Assembly (NCBI RefSeq): GCF_001886265.1
Contig: NZ_JXLE01000002.1
Span: 1 to 24,000, forward strand
DNA from: Enterococcus thailandicus
GTDB taxonomy: Bacteria; Bacillota; Bacilli; Lactobacillales; Enterococcaceae
Length of the DNA stretch: 24,000 bases
Direction of reading: 5' to 3'
Shown here one piece after another: positions 12,367-19,488 of this stretch. The position numbers and the translations under genes are program-made. Position 1 is the stretch's first letter. Each line of letters opens with the position of its first letter. Below the pieces are notes generated by a model. That model was not told the origin of the DNA and made no database searches. It saw only the letters and a list, made by a program, of their open reading frames with translations.

Positions 12367-13401
12367 ATGGAAATGAAAAGAATTCAAGAATATTCAAGTA
12401 AGACCAGTCTGGCAATGGCAAATGTTTATCACTCTGTAATGAAAGTTTACCCCAACTGTATTTCTGACATCAATTCTGATAAGGATTATTATCTTGGTGT
12501 CAAACAAGCCACATTGATTTCGCCTGCCTTGCTAGCATTTTTAGGAGAAAATGGTTTTCATTTTCATACATTAGATAAAGCGAGCCACAAAGGACGAGGA
12601 ATTGATTTTCAGTTGAAAAATCCACTAACGGGCAAAGCAATGACGGGTTCTTCTAGCGGAACAGCATTGAATGTTTTTTTAGGTATCAATGATATTGGTA
12701 TAGGAACAGATGGTGGTGGCTCTGTGCTTTCACCTGCAGCGACGTTGAATTTAATAGGAATGATTCACCCAGCATTTGGCGCAAACTGGGTCGATTTTCA
12801 AATGTATAAAAAAGTTTCAACAGATAACATTGTTTTCACTCCATCCATTGGCTTTATCAGTCGAAAATTACAGTTGGTTGAAGAAGTCGCCACTTTATTT
12901 GTTGAAACAGAAATGGAAAAAAATGAAGTGAAAGTAGCGATTGATGCTGATATCGAGAAAGAAAAGTGGGCATCGTGGAAAATAGCCGCAGACATTCGTT
13001 CAAGAAATTTTGCGTATAAATACGAAGCAAGTAGGGAAGAACTGATTGATGAGGTGGAGGCACTTTTTACTGAGGTAGATATTATTGTTTCAAAAGAGGG
13101 GCCAATTGATGTTGATGGCATGGGTGAAACCCTTTTCGGCCATTTTGATACCCAGACAAGAGCGACACAAGTCCAAGGAAAGAAAGGCTTTGTTCGCGTC
13201 ATAAATATGTGCAACGCTATGGGGTTGATTGTCCCTGTTGGCGAATTGGCAACAGGGTATCTAATTATCGCTAGACCACAACATGGGCTAGAAAAAAAGG
13301 TCTTTCAATTGGCTGAACTGCTGATTGCAAAAGAAGATCCGTTGGTTGCTAATTATTTTTTAGATCATCATGCCTATTTTGAAGAGGGGTATAGTTCATA
13401 A
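12367..13401 (+). CDS. amidase-signature (AS) family-like protein (344 aa)
   Basis: GGAGG SD at 12355-12359, 7 nt before the ATG at 12367. The core GSSSGTALNVFLGINDIGIGTDGGGSVLSPA matches the AS pattern GGSSGG...GTDxGGSxRxPA. The protein is shorter than typical amidases of about 470 aa. Confidence 0.6.
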   Translation: MEMKRIQEYSSKTSLAMANVYHSVMKVYPNCISDINSDKDYYLGVKQATLISPALLAFLGENGFHFHTLDKASHKGRGIDFQLKNPLTGKAMTGSSSGTALNVFLGINDIGIGTDGGGSVLSPAATLNLIGMIHPAFGANWVDFQMYKKVSTDNIVFTPSIGFISRKLQLVEEVATLFVETEMEKNEVKVAIDADIEKEKWASWKIAADIRSRNFAYKYEASREELIDEVEALFTEVDIIVSKEGPIDVDGMGETLFGHFDTQTRATQVQGKKGFVRVINMCNAMGLIVPVGELATGYLIIARPQHGLEKKVFQLAELLIAKEDPLVANYFLDHHAYFEEGYSS

Positions 13402-13433
13402 TAAGGGGTCAAGAATGTTGCTTTACTAAAACG

Positions 13434-13471
13434 AAAAAGCTGGAAACAAGTGATTGTTTCCAGCTTTTTTT
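13434..13471. terminator. rho-independent terminator (bidirectional)
   Basis: Stem AAAAAGCTGGAAACA / TGTTTCCAGCTTTTT with a 6-nt loop, followed by a T-run. It lies between the end of the plus-strand cluster and the end of the minus-strand oxidoreductase gene. Confidence 0.85.
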
Positions 13472-13568
13472 GTACATGCTAATTTAGAAGCAGCTTAACT
13501 AGCTGTTTAAAAAGTGATTCTTCAGTGATGTCTTGGATGATAATTACCTTTGCAAAAAATAAGTCGAG

Positions 13569-14606
13569 TCATGAACGGATCTCATTTTCAGAATCACCGG
13601 TCATCTGCAAAATGATTTTTCCAGTAGCGCGACCAGATTGCGAATAGCTGAGAGCTTCTTTTACTTCAGACAATGGAACAATTCGATCAATCACCGGTTT
13701 AATTATTTCTGCTTCAATCAAGTGCCGTAAGACATCTAGCTGTGTACCACTTGGTTTCATGAAAAGAAAAGTATAAGAGGCTTGTGTTTGCTTTTCTAAT
13801 TTTGTTAGGTTACGTGTCACCATTTTGAAAGCAAACTGTTTCCAAAGAGGGACACCGTATTCTTTACCAAAGCGATAGTTAGGTAATCCTGCGATGCTGA
13901 CGACTTTTCCACCAGGCTTGATAATTTTGAAGGCAGCTTCTAATGTTGCACCACCACGTGTATCAAATACATAATCGTAATCTTGCAAAACTTCTGCAAA
14001 GTTTGTTGTTTGATAATTAATTGGATAATCAGCACCTAATGATTTCACGAGATCAAAATTATTTGCAGAAGTAGTCGTCGCAACATAAGCGCCTAAGTAT
14101 TTTGCAAGTTGGATCGCAATCGTTCCAATCCCACCAGATCCACCTTGAATCATGACTTTTTGTCCAGGCTGAATCTGCATAATATCATGTAGCGCTTGGT
14201 AACTTGTCAGTCCGACCAAGGGGATAGAAGCAGCTTCTTCAAAATTGATATTTTTAGGTTTGAGGGCGATAGCTCCTTGATCGACAGCAATGTATTCGGC
14301 AAAGGTTCCAATTCGATTTTTTTGAACGCGACCATAGACAGCATCTCCAATTGAATAGTTGGTCACTTTTTCGCCAACGGCAGTGATGATTCCAGCAAAG
14401 TCACTTCCCATAATAATAGGCATATCGTAGCTAAGCAGCATCTTAAGTCCACCGTCTTTGGTTTTGATATCAATTGGATTGATGCTCGCAGCAACGATTT
14501 TTACTAAGACATCATTCGAGCGAATGTCTGGGATAGGAACTTCTTTTATTTTAGGCGTCGGTTGTTTGTAAGTATCAATAACAGCGGCTTTCATTGTGTT
14601 TTTCAT
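13569..14606 (-). CDS. NAD(P)H-dependent oxidoreductase, MDR / quinone-oxidoreductase (zinc-type alcohol dehydrogenase-like) family
   Basis: Rossmann motif GGSGGIGTIAIQLAK and an MDR-like N-terminal GroES-fold region. GGAGGA SD 7 nt before the ATG (MKNTMKAAV). The track's TTG at 14621 overlaps the SD. Confidence 0.85.
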   Translation of the reverse strand: MKNTMKAAVIDTYKQPTPKIKEVPIPDIRSNDVLVKIVAASINPIDIKTKDGGLKMLLSYDMPIIMGSDFAGIITAVGEKVTNYSIGDAVYGRVQKNRIGTFAEYIAVDQGAIALKPKNINFEEAASIPLVGLTSYQALHDIMQIQPGQKVMIQGGSGGIGTIAIQLAKYLGAYVATTTSANNFDLVKSLGADYPINYQTTNFAEVLQDYDYVFDTRGGATLEAAFKIIKPGGKVVSIAGLPNYRFGKEYGVPLWKQFAFKMVTRNLTKLEKQTQASYTFLFMKPSGTQLDVLRHLIEAEIIKPVIDRIVPLSEVKEALSYSQSGRATGKIILQMTGDSENEIRS

Positions 14607-14639
14607 GGTTATTTCCTCCAATTTATACGTGTTTCATTT

Positions 14640-14663
14640 AATCGTTCAATTTTTTGAACGATT
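14640..14663. promoter_or_regulatory. perfect 10-4-10 inverted repeat AATCGTTCAA-TTTT-TTGAACGATT, candidate operator
   Basis: Lies between the predicted minus-strand promoter and the SD of the oxidoreductase gene. No T-run follows on either strand, so it is unlikely to be a terminator. Confidence 0.4.
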
Positions 14664-14673
14664 CACTTTCACG

Positions 14674-14702
14674 AGTTTAGTTCATTGGTTTAAAAATGTC
14701 AA
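14674..14702 (-). promoter_or_regulatory. sigma-A type promoter for the oxidoreductase gene
   Basis: On the minus strand: TTGACA (complement of 14697-14702), a 17-nt spacer, then TAAACT (complement of 14674-14679). Confidence 0.5.
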
Positions 14703-14738
14703 CCAATAATTATCGACAACTAAGAGACCAAAAAAACG

Positions 14739-14768
14739 AGCCACCTATACAATTTCATCTAGGTGGCT
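14739..14768. terminator. orphan terminator-like hairpin
   Basis: AGCCACCTA / TAGGTGGCT stem with a 12-nt loop. An A7 run precedes it, giving a T7 run on the minus strand, and TTGTTTCGTT follows it. No obvious gene ends here. Confidence 0.35.
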
Positions 14769-14826
14769 TGTTTCGTTAGATAGTTAGTTTTTTTTAAGGC
14801 TTATGAACGTTTTGAAGGAAACTATT

Positions 14827-14854
14827 TTGAAAGAAAAAGATTCCCCTTTATACT
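14827..14854 (+). promoter_or_regulatory. sigma-A type promoter upstream of the VOC gene
   Basis: TTGAAA (14827-14832), a 16-nt spacer, then TATACT (14849-14854). Confidence 0.45.
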
Positions 14855-14940
14855 TATCAAGAGAGAGGAGCTTGCGATGACTAATTGAGGGGAACAGTGG
14901 CAATAGATTCAGCAAAAAAAGTTTTTTAGGAGGGCGAAAG

Positions 14941-15324
14941 ATGAAATTAGATATGATTGGCATCATTACTAAAGACATGGAAAAATCAATTGAATTTTAT
15001 GCGTTGTTAGGGTTCATCGCGAATGGAGCTACTACCGAAGAATACGTTGAGCTAGCACATGAAGGTATTCGAATTTCTTTAAACACTAGCAAAATGATTG
15101 CTGGTATTTATGGATACGAACCGCAGACAATTGGAGACAAAATCGAATTAGCTTTTTTGTGCGACTCTGTGGCAGATGTTGATGAGATGTATCGAAAAGT
15201 AAGTGATGCTGGCTATGAGACTTTTAAAGAACCATGGGATGCTTTTTGGGGTCAACGCTATGCAATTATTAAAGATCCTGACGGAAATCTCCTCAGTTTA
15301 TTTGCGAATTTTCCGACAAAATAG
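14941..15324 (+). CDS. VOC (glyoxalase/bleomycin-resistance/dioxygenase fold) family protein (127 aa)
   Basis: AGGAGG SD upstream. The size and the pattern MKLDMIGIITKDMEKSIEFY...FKEPWDAFWGQRYAIIKDPDGNLLSLF are typical of the VOC fold. Confidence 0.8.
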   Translation: MKLDMIGIITKDMEKSIEFYALLGFIANGATTEEYVELAHEGIRISLNTSKMIAGIYGYEPQTIGDKIELAFLCDSVADVDEMYRKVSDAGYETFKEPWDAFWGQRYAIIKDPDGNLLSLFANFPTK

Positions 15325-15346
15325 TGAACGAAAAAGAATAGAAATA

Positions 15347-15386
15347 AAAAAACAACTTTAGTTCAGTGCTAAGGTTGTTTTTTGTT
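15347..15386 (+). terminator. rho-independent terminator after the VOC gene
   Basis: Stem ACAACTTTAG / CTAAGGTTGT (one G-U pair) with a 7-nt loop, followed by a T-run. Confidence 0.75.
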
Positions 15387-15553
15387 TATTCAAAGTAAAA
15401 ATCCACACTTTTTTTGGACTAATTGTATAAAGTTTATCAAATCATCAGCAAACAATGTTTTTCTATTTCTTGTATCTTGATAAAAATAACTATCAAGATG
15501 GGCATATACATGTGCAAATCTTCATTTGAATAAATTTTCATGTTATTTTTATG

Positions 15554-15582
15554 TTGACAAAGTAAAACTTACTTGATAAAGT
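15554..15582 (+). promoter_or_regulatory. promoter of the zinc-starvation operon
   Basis: TTGACA (15554-15559), a 17-nt spacer that includes a TG extended -10 element (15574-15575), then TAAAGT (15577-15582). Confidence 0.55.
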
Positions 15583-15591
15583 GTCGTTGTC

Positions 15592-15612
15592 AAATCGTAA
15601 CGATTACGTTTT
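15592..15612. promoter_or_regulatory. Zur box (zinc uptake regulator operator)
   Basis: AAATCGTAACGATTACGTTTT compared with the Firmicute Zur consensus AAATCGTAATNATTACGATTT gives 2 mismatches. It lies immediately downstream of the -10 and upstream of Zn-independent ribosomal paralogs. Confidence 0.8.
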
Positions 15613-15650
15613 GCTATAGACAAATCGAAAAAAAAGGAGTGTCACCACTT

Positions 15651-15920
15651 ATGGCTAAAAAAGCAAAAATCGCGCGAGCAAGGAAACAACAAGAGTTGAT
15701 TGAGCAGTATGCAGAAATCCGACTTCAGTTAAAGACTGCCAATGATTATGAAGGTTTGGCAAAGCTACCCAAAAATGCGAACCCAAATCGTTTGAAACGA
15801 CGCGATCAAATAGATGGCAGATCTCGGGGGTACATGCAAAAATTTGGTATGTCCAGGATAAAGTTCCGAGAATTAGCGCTTCAAGGTTTGATACCTGGAG
15901 TAAAAAAAGCAAGTTGGTAA
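15651..15920 (+). CDS. rpsN: ribosomal protein S14, long zinc-independent (C-minus) paralog (89 aa)
   Basis: [24 protein letters not shown]...IPGVKKASW is a canonical S14. It has no Cys residues and the 89-aa long form. GGAG SD upstream. The track's 26-aa N-terminal extension is spurious. Confidence 0.9.
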   Translation: MAKKAKIARARKQQELIEQYAEIRLQLKTANDYEGLAKLPKNANPNRLKRRDQIDGRSRGYMQKFGMSRIKFRELALQGLIPGVKKASW

Positions 15921-15952
15921 AAAAGAAGAAAAGAAATCTGGAGGAATAAAAA

Positions 15953-16126
15953 ATGGCAGTTCCAGCAAGAAAAACATCAAAAGCAAAGAAAAAATTGCGC
16001 AGAGCGCATTTAAAAATAGCAAAACCTGAAATTTCATTTGATGAAGAATTAGGCGATTATCGTCGTAGCCACCATGTTTCACTTAAAGGTTATTATAAAG
16101 GACGTAAAGTAAGCGGCAAAGAATAA
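15953..16126 (+). CDS. rpmF: ribosomal protein L32, zinc-independent (C-minus) paralog (57 aa); not in the supplied ORF track
   Basis: My own translation: [57 protein letters not shown]. It has the canonical L32 N-terminus, and the CxxC...CxxC zinc-ribbon cysteines are all replaced. GGAGGA SD at 15940-15945. Confidence 0.88.
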   Translation: MAVPARKTSKAKKKLRRAHLKIAKPEISFDEELGDYRRSHHVSLKGYYKGRKVSGKE

Positions 16127-16138
16127 GGGAGGATTAGA

Positions 16139-16516
16139 ATGAACATTATTTATCCACCACTAGTTGAACAAAGCTTCCAATTTTATCAGAAAAATAGTAA
16201 CGAAGACTTCAGTAAAACGGATCTTTATCGTTCAATGGTCGCTAATCAGATTATTACTGAGAATGGTAATCCAACAGTCGAAGCAATTGAAAGAGGACTT
16301 GTTCGAGATTTTTATGAGGAACAGGATCTTTCGTTTGAAGAATTTTTAGCAATTTATCCAATTTTTACTACGTATGAAACAGAACTTTTTCAAAAAATTG
16401 ATGGTTTTTGGGAGATACCAGTTTCATTGAAAAATGAATTGATGATCCAACTTGAGCAAGGGAAATTTAACTATGATGAACAGGTTCAAGTTGAACAGTT
16501 TTTATCAGAAAGATAA
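16139..16516 (+). CDS. hypothetical acidic protein (125 aa) within the Zur operon
   Basis: GGGAGGA SD at 16127-16133. Tightly packed between the rpmF and rpmG paralogs. No Cys, no His clusters, and no recognisable family. Confidence 0.6.
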   Translation: MNIIYPPLVEQSFQFYQKNSNEDFSKTDLYRSMVANQIITENGNPTVEAIERGLVRDFYEEQDLSFEEFLAIYPIFTTYETELFQKIDGFWEIPVSLKNELMIQLEQGKFNYDEQVQVEQFLSER

Positions 16517-16538
16517 ATCAGAAATGAAGGTGAAACGA

Positions 16539-16688
16539 TTGAGACAAACAATTATTCTAGCATGCGAAGAAACAGGTGAACGAATTTATTTAACAAGTAA
16601 AAATAAACGAAATACACCTGAACGTTTAGTACTAAAAAAATATTCACCTAAATTACGTCGGCGTGCAATTTTTAAAGAGATGAAGTAA
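16539..16688 (+). CDS. rpmG: ribosomal protein L33, zinc-independent (C-minus) paralog (49 aa from TTG 16539; alternative ATG at 16524)
   Basis: [49 protein letters not shown] aligns with L33 (MRVNITLACTECGERNY...KKYCP...). Only one of the four zinc cysteines is retained. The longer ORF in the track (16452) overlaps the preceding gene. Confidence 0.85.
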   Translation: MRQTIILACEETGERIYLTSKNKRNTPERLVLKKYSPKLRRRAIFKEMK

Positions 16689-16707
16689 GCATTTTTGAAG
16701 AAGAGAG

Positions 16708-17763
16708 GTGATTTCTTTGGGAATACCGATAACAATCGTATCCGGCTTTTTAGGAGCTGGAAAAACAACCTTGATTAATCAGGCATTAAACGCGACTGAG
16801 CTACCAAGAGAAGAAATAATTATTATTGAAAATGAGGTTGGCCAAACAGGAATCGACCACGAACTCTTACTGCACACCAAGGAACATGTCCTGCAATTAA
16901 ACAACGGTTGCATGTGTTGTAGCCTGAGAGAAGATTTGATAACAACGTTAGCAAGTATTGAAGAAGTAACCAAAGAATGGCAAGTTCCTTTGTCACAAAT
17001 TATTGTTGAAACAACAGGAATTGCTGATCCTCAGCCAATTATTCAAACTATTTTAACTACACCTGTTCTGCGAAATACCTATTATATTGATAGTCTTTTA
17101 ACTGTTGTGGATAGTCAAAATAGTTCGATGTATCAAAATGAACCTGTCAGTCTGAAACAAATCGCATTGGCGGATCGAATTTTCTTTGCTTTAAAAGAAG
17201 GAGATACTGTCAGCAATTGTTCAGAAATACTAGCAAGATTGATCGAAATCAATCCATTAGCTGATTTTATTTATTTTTCGGAAACAGCGCCGATTTCTGC
17301 AACCGACTTTTTTCACTTAGACAAATTTCAGGCGACCGAAGTGTTAAACGAGCCGGTAGCAACCCAAACTGAAATGGAATTGACGAATGAGTCGCATCAC
17401 AGAGAACATCACCACAAAGTTCATTTACAGGGTCACACACATGCAACAACTGTTCATCAACAGAACAATCATGGTTTTCAAACCGTTTTGTTGACTGCAA
17501 ATAGCGAATTAAATGAAGCCGCATTAATACGTTGGATTGATTGGTTATTATTTTTTAATCAAGAGTTGTATCGTTTCAAAGGAATTGTTGTGCTAGAAAA
17601 TCGTGAATTGGCAGTTGCTGTACAAGGCGTTAATCAGCAAGTTCGCTTTCAACTGACTCCACTAGAAAAATCAACGACAAAAATCGTACTCATTGGAAAA
17701 AATTTAGCATCAAAAGAAATAGAAGAAACCTTTAATCAATTGTGCATTGCTTATAAACAGTAA
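16708..17763 (+). CDS. COG0523 (CobW/ZagA/YciC-type) GTPase, putative zinc metallochaperone
   Basis: Walker A motif GFLGAGKTT, the CxCC metal motif GCMCCS, and a His-rich insert HHREHHHKVHLQGHTHATTVH. It belongs to the Zur-box operon. The true start may be the TTG at 16717, 9 nt after GAGAGG. Confidence 0.88.
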   Translation: MISLGIPITIVSGFLGAGKTTLINQALNATELPREEIIIIENEVGQTGIDHELLLHTKEHVLQLNNGCMCCSLREDLITTLASIEEVTKEWQVPLSQIIVETTGIADPQPIIQTILTTPVLRNTYYIDSLLTVVDSQNSSMYQNEPVSLKQIALADRIFFALKEGDTVSNCSEILARLIEINPLADFIYFSETAPISATDFFHLDKFQATEVLNEPVATQTEMELTNESHHREHHHKVHLQGHTHATTVHQQNNHGFQTVLLTANSELNEAALIRWIDWLLFFNQELYRFKGIVVLENRELAVAVQGVNQQVRFQLTPLEKSTTKIVLIGKNLASKEIEETFNQLCIAYKQ

Positions 17764-17776
17764 AAAGGAGAAATCA

Positions 17777-17896
17777 ATGGAAAAAACAGACATTTCAAGT
17801 GCGTATCGACGATTAAAAAGTCCAAACATCAAGACAAGAAAACGAGCATTAAAGATTATCAAAGAATATAAACGAAATAAACAGCGAGCTAGTTGA
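17777..17896 (+). CDS. small highly basic ORF (39 aa), unlisted in the ORF track
   Basis: AAAGGAG SD at 17764-17770, 6 nt before the ATG. Translation: MEKTDISSAYRRLKSPNIKTRKRALKIIKEYKRNKQRAS. It fills the whole cobW-adcA gap, and its stop overlaps the alternative ATG of the next gene. Confidence 0.45.
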   Translation: MEKTDISSAYRRLKSPNIKTRKRALKIIKEYKRNKQRAS

Positions 17897-17914
17897 ATGA
17901 AAAGGAGAAATCGA

Positions 17915-19438
17915 ATGAAAAAATGGAAAGTTGGTTTATTTAGCCTACTATTGGTAAGCGTGCTGGGTGCGTGCAGTACGAATGGTCAAACTAGTAAAGA
18001 AACCGGAAAAGAAAAGCTATCAGTTATCACAACTTTTTATCCCATGTATGATTTCACGAAGAACATTGTAGGTGATGAAGGTGAAGTCAAGTTGCTGATT
18101 CCAGCTGGAACGGAGCCACATGATTATGAACCATCTGCTAAAGAAATTGCAAGTATTCATGATGCAGATGTTTTTGTTTATCATAATGAAAATATGGAAA
18201 CTTGGGTGCCACAAGCCGAGAAAAGTTGGAAAAAAGGTTCACCCAATGTAATTAAAGGAACAAATGGGATGGTGTTATTACCTGGAAGTGAAGAAGAACA
18301 CGATCATGACCACGGCGAAGAAGAGCATCATCATGAGTTAGATCCGCACACGTGGGTTTCACCTAAGATGGCGATTAAAGAAGTGACATCAATCAAGGAA
18401 CAGTTAGAACAACTTTATCCCGAGAAAAAGAAAACTTTTGAAACAAATGCAGAAAAGTATCTAACAAAATTAAAAGCACTAGATGAAGAGTATACAGAAA
18501 AATTAAGTGTAGCTAAGCAAAAAAACTTTGTTACGCAACATGCTGCTTTTGGCTACTTAGCCTTAGATTACGGATTGAATCAAGTTCCTATAGCAGGTTT
18601 GTCTCCAGACCAAGAGCCTTCACCAAGTCGCCTAGCTGAGCTAAAAGAATATGTTCAAGAAAATGAGATTAAATACATCTATTTTGAAGAAAATGCTGAG
18701 GATAAAATTGCAAAGACGTTAGCAGATGAAGCGAAAGTTAAACTCGAAGTACTAAACCCTGTCGAAAGTTTAACTAAAGAACAAATAGCAAATGGAGAAG
18801 ATTATCTCTCGGTGATGAAAGAAAATCTGACGGCTTTAGAAAAAACAACAAGCGTTGCAGGCAAAGAAATCAAACCAGAAAACGTAACAGAATCGACTAA
18901 GACGGTTGCCAATGGTTACTTCAAAGATGAGGCAGTCAAAGACCGAACACTAGCTGATTATGCAGGTGAGTGGCAATCACTTTATCCTTTGTTAAAAGAG
19001 GGCGCTTTAGATCAAGTTTTCGACTATAAAGCAAAATTAAACAAAGATAAAACTGCGAAAGAATATAAGTCTTATTATACAGCTGGTTATAAAACAACTG
19101 TTGATAAAATGACGATCACAGATCATACGATTGACTTTGTTGTCGATGGCGAGCACCATCAATATGAATACAACTATGCTGGTTACAAGATTTTAAATTA
19201 TGAAAAGGGAAATCGTGGTGTACGTTTCCTTTTTGAAACGGCTGACAAGGATGCTGGGGAATTTAAATATGTGCAATTTAGCGATCACAATATTGCACCA
19301 GTTAAAGCGGAACATTTCCATGCCTTTTTTGGTGGAGAGAGTCAGCAAAAGCTTTTCAATGAACTAACTAACTGGCCCACTTTTTATCCAGCTGATTTGA
19401 CTTCGCAAGAAATCGCACAGGAAATGATTGCACATTAA
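17915..19438 (+). CDS. adcA: zinc ABC-transporter substrate-binding lipoprotein, AdcA type (ZnuA domain fused to a C-terminal ZinT/YodA domain)
   Basis: Lipobox VLGAC and the His-rich loop EEEHDHDHGEEEHHHELDPH typical of ZnuA/AdcA. The C-terminal roughly 180 aa (GYFKDEAVKDRTLADYAGEWQSLYP...HFHAFFGG) are ZinT-like. AAGGAG SD at 17901-17906 before the ATG at 17915. Confidence 0.88.
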   Translation: MKKWKVGLFSLLLVSVLGACSTNGQTSKETGKEKLSVITTFYPMYDFTKNIVGDEGEVKLLIPAGTEPHDYEPSAKEIASIHDADVFVYHNENMETWVPQAEKSWKKGSPNVIKGTNGMVLLPGSEEEHDHDHGEEEHHHELDPHTWVSPKMAIKEVTSIKEQLEQLYPEKKKTFETNAEKYLTKLKALDEEYTEKLSVAKQKNFVTQHAAFGYLALDYGLNQVPIAGLSPDQEPSPSRLAELKEYVQENEIKYIYFEENAEDKIAKTLADEAKVKLEVLNPVESLTKEQIANGEDYLSVMKENLTALEKTTSVAGKEIKPENVTESTKTVANGYFKDEAVKDRTLADYAGEWQSLYPLLKEGALDQVFDYKAKLNKDKTAKEYKSYYTAGYKTTVDKMTITDHTIDFVVDGEHHQYEYNYAGYKILNYEKGNRGVRFLFETADKDAGEFKYVQFSDHNIAPVKAEHFHAFFGGESQQKLFNELTNWPTFYPADLTSQEIAQEMIAH

Positions 19439-19456
19439 GACCTATTTATGACAAAT

Positions 19457-19487
19457 AAACGAGGACTTTTGAGGTCCTCGTTTTTGT
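19457..19487. terminator. bidirectional rho-independent terminator
   Basis: AAACGAGGAC / GTCCTCGTTT stem with a 7-nt loop, followed by a T-run. It lies between convergent adcA and traX-like genes. Confidence 0.85.
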
Positions 19488-19488
19488 T

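Noticed and set aside
15573-16349. The N-terminal extension of rpsN (15573), the antisense ORFs 15655-15912 and 15873-16082, and the alternative-frame ORF 16164-16349.
   Set aside because: The extension would run through the Zur box and SD. The others overlap recognisable ribosomal-protein or SD-supported genes in the wrong frame or strand.
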